Origin: a bacterium
GTDB taxonomy: Bacteria > UBA10199 > 2-02-FULL-44-16 > DYJF01
NCBI GenBank assembly: GCA_041739675.1
Contig: JBGSNL010000009.1
Span: 1-53,281 of the forward strand
Direction of reading: 5' to 3'
Length of the DNA: 53,281 nt
The notes under the pieces were generated by a model. That model saw only the letters and a list, made by a program, of their open reading frames with translations. It was not told the origin of the DNA and made no database searches. The position numbers were made by a program, and so were the translations under genes. Each line of letters starts with the position of its first letter. Position 1 is the first letter of the stretch. Positions 26,694 to 36,669 of this stretch are shown piece after piece.

Positions 26694-28784
26694 CTATTTC
26701 GTTTCAAACGTTATTACTCCGTCAAAATTTTGCGGCGGCGAACTCAAGTATTCGATGCACAGTTTTTTGTAATACCCGGCCGCCGGATCTTTGCCCGCCA
26801 TTTTTTCAAACTTAGCGCACGCCTCGGTGAAATTCCCGTCGCGGAAAGTTACTAATCCGTCGTGGAACATTTCGCAAGCACTGATCGTCTCCCGTGAAAT
26901 ATCACCTTTGCGCCCCATCGGCTGATATATGCCGATCGGTTCGGCGCGCCCCTTCACCCGCACACGGCCGATCTCGCGGGCGTAGATCACATCATGGGCG
27001 CGGTTGTAGGTCGTCTCGCTTATGATGATACGCGTTCCGAATTTTTTATTGAGGCCCTCAAGGCGTGAAGCCAGGTTGACCGTGTCGCCGATCGCCGTAT
27101 AATTGAAACGCTGCTCGCTGCCGATGTTGCCGACGACAACCGGCCCGGTGTGAATTCCGATGCGCGTCATGAAATTGGGAAACTCCACGAGCTTTTCCTG
27201 GACTGCAAGCGCCGCAAGCACGGCGTTCACCTCATGATCGGGAATTGCAAGAGGCGCGCCCCAGAAGGCCATCACGGCGTCGCCTATGTATTTGTCGAGC
27301 GTGCCGTCATGCTCAAGGACGATGCGCGTTACGTGAGTGAGATACTCATTGAGATCGGTCACGAGTTTTGTGGCCGTCATCTTTTCAGATATCGAAGTGA
27401 AGTCGGCGATGTCGGAAAAAAACAAAGTAAGCATCTGCTCTTGGCCGCCGAGCTTGACGCTGTCGGGATTTTTTGAAATCTCGGCGACGACGTGGGGCGA
27501 GAGGTACTGGCCGAACGCGCGCTTGATCTGCCTTTTCTTTCGCCCTTCCGTCAGATAATTTTTGGCGACCATACCGAACGACGAGAGGGCCAATGCAAGG
27601 ACCGGCTGGACAACCGGCATCCAGAAATTCTGTGTGAAGAGGGCCGTCGCACCCCCGACATAGACGACACCGATACCTCCTATGAGGAGCCCAATTCCCC
27701 ACGAGCTTTTTATGAGTGCCAGGCCTATCGCCGCCGCCAGCGCAACCAATATAATGATAGCGATCTGCGCTATAGGTGGCGTCGGAACAATCGCTTCGCG
27801 GCTCAAAAGATTTTGGATTATCGTCGCGTGAATTTCAGGACCGGGATAGACGCGCGAGAGCGGCATCGGTTTCAAATCATAGAGGCCCGGCGCCGCGACA
27901 CCTATGACCACTATTTTATTTTTAACGACGTCCGGATCGTACGCAGGCTCTTTTCCTTCGGCCAGTTGCAACGACGATTGCATCACCCCCGCCAGCGAAA
28001 ATGATGTCACAGTATCGGCTGGGCCGTAGTAGCGGATCATCATCTCTCCGTCGCTGTCCAGAGGGATGTGCCAGCCGCCGAACGAAATGCCGGACTTGAG
28101 ACCGGTGACCTGAGATTTGAGAGTGTCGGCCACAACCTTAAATGAAATTGCGGGAATAATTTTGTCTTTATATCGTTGAAGCAAAGTTATGCGGCGATAA
28201 ATTCCGTCGATATCGGGATCGGCCTCCGCGTTCCCGAAGCCGGCAGCGGCAACAATAAGCGGGGAAATGGGCAAAGATTCAAACGACCCGACGTCAGGTA
28301 AGAAATCGGGTGGAGTTCCTTCAAGACCGATGCTTCCTTTTTGGAGCACTTCCGGCAGGCGCGGATCCTCCTCGCCCTGGTTTCCGCTCGTAAACAGAAC
28401 AAAATATGACGGCGGCCCCTGCATCACTCCGTTTGCAAACGTTTCGTCGTCTTGGACGCCGTAGACGGAAGGCTCCGAATAAAAAAGATCGAAGACAACG
28501 GCCTTCGCGCCGCCCCTCCGGCAGAAATCGAGCGCCATGGGATAGAGCTCTCGCGGCCACGGCCACGAGACGTTCATTTTTTTGAAATACTCAAGCGACG
28601 GTTCGTCGACATAGAAGAGGACGACATCATCGGATTTTTCAGCGGAGAATTTTACGGCGAGCGACATCCTCGCATCGTAGGTCTTGAGCTCCCAGGTCTG
28701 TACAAGGTCGGTCATCGCTGCGACTAAAACTATAACCACGGCCGCAAGACCGACAATCGCCGCTCCAAAAATCTTTCGTGGCAT
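26694..28784 (-). CDS. CHASE2-domain adenylate/guanylate cyclase
   Basis: WPWPR and VFDLFY (CHASE2), three TMs, FSDIADFT, DKYIGDAVMA, GDTVNLASRLE. Confidence 0.95.
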   Translation of the reverse strand: MPRKIFGAAIVGLAAVVIVLVAAMTDLVQTWELKTYDARMSLAVKFSAEKSDDVVLFYVDEPSLEYFKKMNVSWPWPRELYPMALDFCRRGGAKAVVFDLFYSEPSVYGVQDDETFANGVMQGPPSYFVLFTSGNQGEEDPRLPEVLQKGSIGLEGTPPDFLPDVGSFESLPISPLIVAAAGFGNAEADPDIDGIYRRITLLQRYKDKIIPAISFKVVADTLKSQVTGLKSGISFGGWHIPLDSDGEMMIRYYGPADTVTSFSLAGVMQSSLQLAEGKEPAYDPDVVKNKIVVIGVAAPGLYDLKPMPLSRVYPGPEIHATIIQNLLSREAIVPTPPIAQIAIIILVALAAAIGLALIKSSWGIGLLIGGIGVVYVGGATALFTQNFWMPVVQPVLALALSSFGMVAKNYLTEGRKKRQIKRAFGQYLSPHVVAEISKNPDSVKLGGQEQMLTLFFSDIADFTSISEKMTATKLVTDLNEYLTHVTRIVLEHDGTLDKYIGDAVMAFWGAPLAIPDHEVNAVLAALAVQEKLVEFPNFMTRIGIHTGPVVVGNIGSEQRFNYTAIGDTVNLASRLEGLNKKFGTRIIISETTYNRAHDVIYAREIGRVRVKGRAEPIGIYQPMGRKGDISRETISACEMFHDGLVTFRDGNFTEACAKFEKMAGKDPAAGYYKKLCIEYLSSPPQNFDGVITFETK

Positions 28785-28827
28785 AATGGCGGAGCAAAAG
28801 ACAAAATTGCAGTTAAGTCAAGCGACG

Positions 28828-30123
28828 TTAATGCAGCATCGGCAATTTGATATGCTGTCTTGAGGTTTCACCGTGAAGAATTTCGGCGCGGCGCTTGGGA
28901 ACGCGGCCGCGGGGGCCTTCATGCTGCATTGGGATTTTCAAGCCGTCCGAGAGGAAGATCGTGTGTTTGCCGAAACGCTCGCCGATGGCGTCAACGGCTT
29001 CAAAAATGTTTCTGTGCTTGAGGATTTTTTCAGGCTCCTCGAAAATTCCGAATTGCAACGGCATGCTGTCGACAAGCTCCGCCAGGACGACGCCGGTTGC
29101 GCGGTACAATTTCCCCGACCGATAAATATGATCGAAAAGTTCGAGCAGCGTTGCAGTGAGGTCTGCAGGGGAAGCCGACGGGCGATCCAAGCGGATTTCC
29201 AGCCCGTCGGTTGAAAAATCCTGGCCGCGCAGGTAAAGGACAAGTTTTCCCGCAACCTGATCGTAGCGTCTTGCCTTTATGCAGGCACCTTCGAGATTTC
29301 TGAGTGCCCGTGCTCGAACAACATCACGATCCGCAATCGGCGGCGTAAAGGTCTTGAACTTTGAAATGGACGCCTGCTTTAGCTTGCCGATAGTGTCGAT
29401 CCTATTGGCATATTCCCCGCGCAGCTCCAGCCACAGCTCCTCGCCCACTTTTCCCAAAAGCCTTTTCGCAAATTCGGAGGGCCTTCTCACAAAATCCAGC
29501 GCAGTCTTGAGCCCGTGCTTTTGAAGAAGCGCCGTGGTGTTGGGCCCGATCCCCCATACCTTTGAAAGTTCCGTGCGGGCCAGGAGAAGATGCAGATGTT
29601 TTCCGGGCACGGCGGTGAGCCCCGCGGGTTTTCTGAACTTCGAGCAGAGCTTCGCCGTGCCCTTGGAGAGCGAGATGCCGACTGAAACCGTGATGTCCAA
29701 CTCTTTTTTTATATCATCTTGAATCATGCGGCCGATCTCTTTGTAATCGGTGCGATGAAGTCTTCGCGTTCCGGTGAGATCTAAAAACGCTTCGTCTATG
29801 GAATACTCCTCAACTTCGGGCGTGTACCTTCGCATGATCGAAAACATGCGCTTTGAAAAGAGCGAATACGTTTCATAATCGCTGGGAAGTAAAATACAAT
29901 CGGGGCAGATGCGCGTGACCTCCGAGAGAGGCACGCCGCGTTTCACCCCGCGCGCCTTCGCTTCATATGATGCGGCTGCGACGATTCCGCGTTCCGCACC
30001 TGTAATGACGGGACGATTCCTGTATTCCGGATGGAGCGCCTGCTCCACGCTTGCGAAAAAAGCGTCGGCGTCTATGTGCGCGATTGCGCGCGGCCAGCTG
30101 TGAATTGTAATCGGCTGATTCAT
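28828..30123 (-). CDS. dinB: Y-family DNA polymerase (Pol IV/UmuC-like)
   Basis: HIDADAFFASVE, AASYEA, YSIDEAFLD, WGIG. Confidence 0.88.
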   Translation of the reverse strand: MNQPITIHSWPRAIAHIDADAFFASVEQALHPEYRNRPVITGAERGIVAAASYEAKARGVKRGVPLSEVTRICPDCILLPSDYETYSLFSKRMFSIMRRYTPEVEEYSIDEAFLDLTGTRRLHRTDYKEIGRMIQDDIKKELDITVSVGISLSKGTAKLCSKFRKPAGLTAVPGKHLHLLLARTELSKVWGIGPNTTALLQKHGLKTALDFVRRPSEFAKRLLGKVGEELWLELRGEYANRIDTIGKLKQASISKFKTFTPPIADRDVVRARALRNLEGACIKARRYDQVAGKLVLYLRGQDFSTDGLEIRLDRPSASPADLTATLLELFDHIYRSGKLYRATGVVLAELVDSMPLQFGIFEEPEKILKHRNIFEAVDAIGERFGKHTIFLSDGLKIPMQHEGPRGRVPKRRAEILHGETSRQHIKLPMLH

Positions 30124-30711
30124 TTAATATTTCCTTATCACTGCCTTCACCACGCCCCCCAATGTCAGCTCGCCCTTCGGGCGGATGACGGGGTAATCCG
30201 GATTTGCAGGCACCAGAAGTATTTCGCGGCCGTTCCGTTCATAATATTTGAGCGTCCATTCGCGGTCCACGCATGCAAGGACGATATCCCCATGCCTGGC
30301 CTCGCAGCCGCGTTCCACAATCACAAGATCGCCTTCGTGGATTCCGGCGTCCTTCATCGAATCGCCCGAAACTTTGAGCATGAACGATGCCGTCGGTTTT
30401 TCTACCAGATATTCATCTAATGATAGCGTATCGATGAGCTCCTCTTCAGCGGGCGTTGGAAAGCCGGCCTGAACATAACCGATGAGCGGAATGCCAAGCC
30501 TTTCGCCTATCGGTTTGAGGCGGCCCATTTCGTCTTTTTCTATGAAACCTTCATCGATCAATTTTTGTGCGAGACGGTACGCCGCATTCTTGGAACTGTA
30601 ACCGAAGAGTTGCGCAAGCTCTGAATAAGTAGGAAGTCGGCGATTGGCACGGTAAAAGCGCCGGAGTTTTTCGACCACCCTTTCGTCTATTGGTTTTGGT
30701 GCGAGCGTCAT
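30124..30711 (-). CDS. lexA: LexA-like repressor (wHTH + S24 peptidase)
   Basis: PTYSELAQLFG HTH, AG cleavage site (VQAGFP), catalytic GDSM and TLK. Confidence 0.8.
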   Translation of the reverse strand: MTLAPKPIDERVVEKLRRFYRANRRLPTYSELAQLFGYSSKNAAYRLAQKLIDEGFIEKDEMGRLKPIGERLGIPLIGYVQAGFPTPAEEELIDTLSLDEYLVEKPTASFMLKVSGDSMKDAGIHEGDLVIVERGCEARHGDIVLACVDREWTLKYYERNGREILLVPANPDYPVIRPKGELTLGGVVKAVIRKY

Positions 30712-30720
30712 GGTGAACGG

Positions 30721-30750
30721 ATACTAAGTGAACGCTCGTTCACTTGTCAA
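30721..30750 (-). promoter_or_regulatory. lexA promoter with an SOS-box-like palindrome between -35 and -10
   Basis: TTGACA (30750-30745), TAGTAT (30726-30721), palindrome AAGTGAAC-GCTC-GTTCACTT (30726-30745). Confidence 0.75.
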
Positions 30751-30829
30751 CCTCTTCGCCAAAAAATCTTATAACCTGCCGTTGACACAGGGGTTTTTAG
30801 TGATAGACATTCGCTATCAAGGAGGCTTC

Positions 30830-31525
30830 ATGAAAACAATCGGGCTCATCGGCGGGACGAGCTGGCATTCCACTATCACATATTACCGCATCATAAATGA
30901 AACCGTGGCAAAAAAGCTGGGCGGACACAATTCCGCAAAGATAATCCTCACCAGCATAAATTATGAAGCGATCGAGCGTCTCGCGCATAAAAACGACTGG
31001 AAAGGGATCGCAACATTGCTTTCAGACGAAGCAAAAAAGCTTGAGGGCGCAGGCGCGGACTTTTTTCTCATCTGCGCAAACACTCTGCACAAGGTTGCTG
31101 ATGAAGTGGAGGGCAATGTCAAAATTCCGCTTCTACACATGGTGGATGCCGTAGCCGCTGAAATAAAAAGGAACAATTTGAAAAAAGTCGGGCTTCTGGG
31201 CACTACTTTCACGATGGAAGACAGATCATACGGCGGACGCCTTGCGAAATACGGGTTGGAAGCGATCGTTCCCGATGAAACCACGCGCAAAGAAATCCAC
31301 GGCATAATTTTCAACGAGCTCACCAAAGGAATTTTCACGGAGGAATCGCGAAACAAATATAAAGCGGCTATAGATTCGTTGAAAAAAAACGGAGCCGAGG
31401 GAATTATCCTGGGCTGCACGGAGATTCCATTACTGATACGTCCGGAAGACGTAGATATCCCGATTTTCGATACGACGAAGATTCACTCAATCGCCGCCGC
31501 AGAAACGGCCTTAATCAGCGCTTGA
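30830..31525 (+). CDS. Aspartate/amino-acid racemase (YgeA/RacX family)
   Basis: IGLIGGTSW, ICANTLH, LGCTEIP; GGAGG RBS. Confidence 0.92.
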   Translation: MKTIGLIGGTSWHSTITYYRIINETVAKKLGGHNSAKIILTSINYEAIERLAHKNDWKGIATLLSDEAKKLEGAGADFFLICANTLHKVADEVEGNVKIPLLHMVDAVAAEIKRNNLKKVGLLGTTFTMEDRSYGGRLAKYGLEAIVPDETTRKEIHGIIFNELTKGIFTEESRNKYKAAIDSLKKNGAEGIILGCTEIPLLIRPEDVDIPIFDTTKIHSIAAAETALISA

Positions 31526-31570
31526 CGATATCCTCTTTGATAGGCTAATTGGGCCTTCCAAGAGGCCCCC

Positions 31571-32926
31571 ATGTCCGAAGTCGAGCCAAATCACCTTCCG
31601 CAGTTTGTTCGCTTGCTACCGGAAGCGACAGCCAACGACCGTATCAACGAAATTTTCCGCCGCGCGATACAAGAGGCGATCGAAGAGGAGACAGAAAACG
31701 AATTTGCAAACGAAGAGGAATACGGCGCCGAGATTGCAAAGGATGTCTACGAAATACTGGGCTCCGGCGCCATTGTTTCCACGGTCCAGGATTTCATCGA
31801 GAATCTTCCAGACCGCTACATCGCGCACACCCCTGTTTATGAGACAGCCCTCCGCGAAGTAGACCGCGTCGATTATCAAAGTTTTGGGCACTCGGCCGTC
31901 GTGAGCCCGCTCATCATGCTCACCGATCATGACAGCAACCGCATCTATGTGGGGACCGACAAGCTGGCGCACTTTGTACAGCAGGGCTACGACTACCACT
32001 TCATTTACAGTGCGGTCGAGGAATATGCGCCGGGTTTGGGCGAGCTCTACGCCCTCTCGTGGGGCCTGTGGAGCGAGGGAATAGAAATTACAGATGAGTA
32101 CGTGGAAAATTATCTCGAATCGCGCGGCCTGGGAACCGACGAAGAAACGATCGAAAGCACAAGAAACGATATCATCGCATTCATAGAAGATTCCGATACC
32201 GCCCTTTTCTTGAGCCCAACCCCTGAAATGGTAAGAAACTCTTATTTTCTGTGCTGGCTCGCGGACCTTCTCGGCACGCACAAGTTTGGAGTTCTGGGAA
32301 GCGCGCTGACGGGAATCATTTCTCATTCCGACATTGTGGTGAACGAGGCGGGCCTGAGATTTTATTTCGATCTTGCGGCCGACCCTGAAGGTATGGCCCA
32401 AAACTTCGACATAACCGATTATGTCACTCCCCAGTGGGACGAGGAAATTTTACAATCTGAATTCTCGCCCGTGGTTCAGGAACGCATAGAGGAGGCGGAG
32501 GGAAACGGCATCAAATGGCCATTTGTCTACGGATTCGGTGCGGATATTTCCGGTCCGCCGTGGATGCTGTCGGTTTCCATCCCAGTTTTCTATCGCGCCT
32601 GGCGGGATATGGAATGGCGCCTGCGTCTCGGCGGCTCAATGCCTTTCACAGTCGATGAATCGGTGCTGGCCCGTCAGAGCCGCGGCTTTGTCTCGCTCGA
32701 TATGGACATGAGGATCACGGGACTTCATTTTGCCTACGTCACATCCACTTTCGCATTCACCGAGGCGATCGCATCGGACGAACCGATGGAGGGTTTTCAT
32801 CCGATAATCGAGATGGGCTGGGAGATAATGTTCTGGGGCTGGACATCCTTCCGCCTGGGCTTCATGTTCGACATGAACGATTACACGACTTCCTTCACAA
32901 CCGGCCTACTATGGATAGCAAGATAA
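31571..32926 (+). CDS. Hypothetical acidic protein
   Basis: Long ORF filling the gap; GTDKLAHF motif; beta-rich aromatic C-terminal third. Confidence 0.7.
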   Translation: MSEVEPNHLPQFVRLLPEATANDRINEIFRRAIQEAIEEETENEFANEEEYGAEIAKDVYEILGSGAIVSTVQDFIENLPDRYIAHTPVYETALREVDRVDYQSFGHSAVVSPLIMLTDHDSNRIYVGTDKLAHFVQQGYDYHFIYSAVEEYAPGLGELYALSWGLWSEGIEITDEYVENYLESRGLGTDEETIESTRNDIIAFIEDSDTALFLSPTPEMVRNSYFLCWLADLLGTHKFGVLGSALTGIISHSDIVVNEAGLRFYFDLAADPEGMAQNFDITDYVTPQWDEEILQSEFSPVVQERIEEAEGNGIKWPFVYGFGADISGPPWMLSVSIPVFYRAWRDMEWRLRLGGSMPFTVDESVLARQSRGFVSLDMDMRITGLHFAYVTSTFAFTEAIASDEPMEGFHPIIEMGWEIMFWGWTSFRLGFMFDMNDYTTSFTTGLLWIAR

Positions 32927-32974
32927 TTTCCCTCAACCTTGACCTTGGCCTCAACCTTATATAATGATGCGCGC

Positions 32975-33967
32975 ATGAATCTCGAAGATCTCATGCACAT
33001 GAACGACGGTTACAAGACCGCGCGCATTCTGCACACGGCGGTTCATTTCAAAATCTTCGACCGGCTGGCCTCCGAGGCGAGGTCGGCAAAGGGTGTGGCG
33101 GATTCGCTGGGCCTTGATTGCCGCGCTACTGGTTTGTTGCTGGATGCGCTTGCCGTCCTCAACCTGATCGAAAAGCGCAACGATCGCTACATCAACACGG
33201 CGGTTGCGCAAAAATATCTCGTCTCCGATTCGCCCACTTTTTACGGCGCGCTCGTGCTTCACACCGCAGACGGCTGGGAGAGCTGGGGAAAACTTGAAAA
33301 GGTGATAAGGACCGGGAAACCCATTCCGCACAGCCGCGCCCATCAGGACGATCCGAAAGATACGGAGCGCTTCATCATGGCGATGCACGGACTTTCCACG
33401 GCCGGAAATTTTCCCGCAATGGTAACGGACGCGCTGGATCTTTCAGGCGTCAAAACATTGCTGGACGTGGGCGGAGGGCCGGGCACGTTCACATACGGAT
33501 TCTGCGAAAAAATTCCGGATTTGAAGGCGGCAATCCTCGATCTGCCCGGAACGCTTGAAGTCACAAAAAAAGTTTTGAAGAATTATCCGGAATACAAGGA
33601 CCGCGTAAAACTTATCCCAGCGGATTTCAATGAGGATCCCGTTCCCGGTTCATATGATTTGATCTTCGTATCCAACATCATCCACAGCGAATCGTTTGAG
33701 GAAAATGCCGCGCTTATGAAAAAACTTTTCGCGGCGACGAGCAAAGGTGGAAGGATCGTCGTAAAAGATCACATTTTGAGCGAAGACGGTCTGACACCCC
33801 CGTACGGCGCAATCTTCTCCGTACATATGCTGATCCACACGAAAGGCCGCGATTACAAGTTCGGCGAGGTTAAAGAATGGCTTGAAGATGCGGGTTATTC
33901 TTCCGTCAGGGAAGTTCCGCTTCCGGAGATCACGTCGGCATCGATGGTGGTGGGGAGGTGTTTATGA
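32975..33967 (+). CDS. SAM-dependent O-methyltransferase (dimerisation + Methyltransf_2)
   Basis: LLDVGGGPG, ILDLP, ADF, SNIIH; start MNLED. Confidence 0.9.
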   Translation: MNLEDLMHMNDGYKTARILHTAVHFKIFDRLASEARSAKGVADSLGLDCRATGLLLDALAVLNLIEKRNDRYINTAVAQKYLVSDSPTFYGALVLHTADGWESWGKLEKVIRTGKPIPHSRAHQDDPKDTERFIMAMHGLSTAGNFPAMVTDALDLSGVKTLLDVGGGPGTFTYGFCEKIPDLKAAILDLPGTLEVTKKVLKNYPEYKDRVKLIPADFNEDPVPGSYDLIFVSNIIHSESFEENAALMKKLFAATSKGGRIVVKDHILSEDGLTPPYGAIFSVHMLIHTKGRDYKFGEVKEWLEDAGYSSVREVPLPEITSASMVVGRCL

Positions 33968-34542
33968 AAAGTGTAAAAATAATTCTGGTTTCGCTTGTTC
34001 TTTTTGGCGGAGTTTTGTCGCTCACATCCTGCGGCGAAGACACGACAATCGATTCGCTGAGCAACGCCCCTGCCGGATTCGCCTTTACGAACACAACGGG
34101 CAACGTGATAAGCGGTGTGACAAGAGGAACCGCGGTCCAGCTGCGCGCAGATTCGGACGACATCATTTTGCAGTTCACAACAAACAGCAACGTCGATTTC
34201 ACGAATGTGGTTGCCGGGCGGGATGCAGCCAACACGCTCGCCCATTTCCCCGCCGCCACCGATAAAGCAGGGCTGGAAGGATCGATCGTCATGTTCGTCC
34301 CTTGCAGCGCCGCGGTAACGGATGTCCACGTCTGTCCTCTGGCCGCCAGTATGGGCCAGATATCTGTGGGGTGTGCGGCCGAACTTGTGCTCACGGCCGA
34401 GGCTCCGACATCCGGGAACTATACTTGGAATAACGCCGCGACACACGCTGGAACGGACGACTGTCAGATCTCAGCATCCGTGGACAATTTCGGCACCGGC
34501 GGATTCGGGCTCACGTCGCCGTCCGGCGACGTGATAGAATAG
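33964..34542 (+). CDS. Hypothetical lipoprotein
   Basis: Lipobox LTSC; ATGA overlap with the upstream stop. Confidence 0.65.
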   Translation: MKSVKIILVSLVLFGGVLSLTSCGEDTTIDSLSNAPAGFAFTNTTGNVISGVTRGTAVQLRADSDDIILQFTTNSNVDFTNVVAGRDAANTLAHFPAATDKAGLEGSIVMFVPCSAAVTDVHVCPLAASMGQISVGCAAELVLTAEAPTSGNYTWNNAATHAGTDDCQISASVDNFGTGGFGLTSPSGDVIE

Positions 34543-34545
34543 ATT

Positions 34546-35097
34546 TCAGCTTTCGGGAGGCGCTTCAGAAAGGTTGCCGGCGACCATATCCCACGTGCAG
34601 TCCGTTACGTATTTCTCCGCAAGCATATCTACTGCATCCAGAAGTTTGGTCACGTCTTCATCCAGCGTGCAAAGAGTCGTGAACTGGTTGTGGGTATCGT
34701 CGCTTCTTATATAGCTCACGGTGACGCCCGCCGATCCCACCGGCGGTGCACAATTGGAGTCGGAGATCTCCGGCGGTTTGTACTCATACAAATTGGCGGT
34801 CTTGATTAGTGCGAGAACGTTCTGATAGTCCGCATCGCTTAAATCGACCGAGCCCGCGCATTCACTCACAAGCTCTCCGAGGTCATATCCCTTGATTGTC
34901 AGATCGAGCCGTTTGGTGTTTTTGATTTTTGTCTCGACCGTCACACTCTCAGGAGAAACCGCGCCGAGCCACTTTACCATGAGCTCGCTGAAATAATCTC
35001 CGGGAACGACGTCGAGATCCGCGGGAGAAGGACTGTTGTTATTGTTGCACGCGGCGAAGAGTAAAAAAACCGCGCAAAAAAGTATGGCTTTCTTCAT
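34546..35097 (-). CDS. Hypothetical lipoprotein
   Basis: Lipobox FAAC; GGAGG RBS. Confidence 0.7.
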   Translation of the reverse strand: MKKAILFCAVFLLFAACNNNNSPSPADLDVVPGDYFSELMVKWLGAVSPESVTVETKIKNTKRLDLTIKGYDLGELVSECAGSVDLSDADYQNVLALIKTANLYEYKPPEISDSNCAPPVGSAGVTVSYIRSDDTHNQFTTLCTLDEDVTKLLDAVDMLAEKYVTDCTWDMVAGNLSEAPPES

Positions 35098-35233
35098 ACC
35101 CCACCTCCCGCCCGACTAATTGCACTCTTTGTTTGCCGGCGCAACCATAATTTTGGGCATCAAAAAATAGGCCAAACCGATGCTACCAGTTGATTTAATC
35201 CTAGATTTCAAGTAGTTTGACTTACCGTATCCC

Positions 35234-36418
35234 ATGAAAAAGATCATTCTCACAACCGTTTTGCTTGCAGCGACATTTTTTGCATTCCCTTCCCATGGGC
35301 AGGAGCCGTCGGAGGAGCCTTCGGAGGAGCCTTCGCAGGAGTCTTCTGGGAGCTGGGTCAAAGGCGACTTCAGCATGGCCGGTTATTTCAACGCAGGCAT
35401 CGGCTGGCAAAGATTCACGGGCGGAACCCCTACTGAGTTCACAAATGACTGTACAACCGCCGGGGTACTGGGGTCGGTGATACCCGATGCAATAAACTGC
35501 ACCCTACCCTCGAAGGATCAGGACAACTTCGAGGCCTTCATGGAGGTCTTTGAGCTCGACATCGCAAAAGCGTTCGGGGAGCGCGCGAGCCTTGTCGCGC
35601 ACACTCTGTTTGGAAGATCCCAGTCGGGATCGTGGCTGGGTACGCCGGGAGTCGACATTGAACAGGCCTACGCCACCGTCATGCTGTGGAAAGCGTACGA
35701 CGTTCAGCTGGCCGTGGGAAGAATAGGCACGGAGGCGGGCTTTGAGGAGTTCGAACCATACAACAACGACACGATATCGTGGTCGATTCTAAGCAACTCA
35801 AATATATACCCGGCGATAATCACCGGCGCGCAAATTTCGGCGCAGCTCACCGATAACGTGGCTCTCTATCTGGCCGTCGCAAACAATCTCACGGACGACA
35901 CAACGTTCAAGGTGAACAGCACACCTTCCGGCATGGCTTCGCTGGAGTTCACATGGGGCGATGAGTCCGCGGAAAATTATTTCGTCATTTCGCCTTTCGG
36001 AGGGCCCGAATCGAACGGCGATAAGCCCATAACATTCGGCGTCGACGCCACTCTTTCCATGTGGCCGGTGGAGGATCTGCAGCTGGGATTCGAAACAACG
36101 TACAGGATCGACTACGGCATAGACGATAACCCCAACACGTCTTACGTCTCCGCACTTTTGAACCTGCATTGGAACATGACCGACAATTTCTACACTTTTT
36201 TGAAATACAGCTACGCCAATCAGTTCGATGATGGGAACGGATACTTCAATTTGACTGGCGCGAAGCAGCAGATCCATGAAATGAGCCTGGGTCTGGGATA
36301 TTTCATCGCGGACGGCATGAAACTGAAACTTGAAACAAGGCTCGACGCCGTGGATCCTTCCGGCTTCCGCGCCCAGTGGGTGCCGGGCGTCGCAATGGCG
36401 CTTGCAAGCGCGTTTTAA
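35234..36418 (+). CDS. Outer membrane beta-barrel porin-like protein
   Basis: Signal peptide, IEQAYA, VGRI..GFE pattern of putative porins, C-terminal Phe. Confidence 0.75.
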   Translation: MKKIILTTVLLAATFFAFPSHGQEPSEEPSEEPSQESSGSWVKGDFSMAGYFNAGIGWQRFTGGTPTEFTNDCTTAGVLGSVIPDAINCTLPSKDQDNFEAFMEVFELDIAKAFGERASLVAHTLFGRSQSGSWLGTPGVDIEQAYATVMLWKAYDVQLAVGRIGTEAGFEEFEPYNNDTISWSILSNSNIYPAIITGAQISAQLTDNVALYLAVANNLTDDTTFKVNSTPSGMASLEFTWGDESAENYFVISPFGGPESNGDKPITFGVDATLSMWPVEDLQLGFETTYRIDYGIDDNPNTSYVSALLNLHWNMTDNFYTFLKYSYANQFDDGNGYFNLTGAKQQIHEMSLGLGYFIADGMKLKLETRLDAVDPSGFRAQWVPGVAMALASAF

Positions 36419-36432
36419 AAAGGAGCCCTTGT

Positions 36433-36657
36433 TTGCTTCTCATTGCGATAGGCCTTATCTATTGGTATCTGCTCATAAGCCTTGTCGGTATGGGATTTTT
36501 CATGTACGGCAGAAAACGCCCCGACGGCGCGGCGATCGTAACGGGAATCGTGCTCATGGTGTACCCTTACTTCGTCGGCTCGCTTGCATGGTGCGTGGCG
36601 ATCGGCATTGGCATCTGCGCGGTGTACGCTTTTTTAAAACTGGTGGTGAGAATATAA
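36433..36657 (+). CDS. Small membrane protein
   Basis: GMGFFMYGRK...LMVYPYF pattern; TTG start 7 nt after AGGAG. Confidence 0.6.
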   Translation: MLLIAIGLIYWYLLISLVGMGFFMYGRKRPDGAAIVTGIVLMVYPYFVGSLAWCVAIGIGICAVYAFLKLVVRI

Positions 36658-36669
36658 GGAGGACTCGGC

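Noticed and set aside
35299..35341. 12-bp tandem repeats in the porin gene
   Set aside because: In-frame EPSE low-complexity linker after the signal peptide; not CRISPR-like
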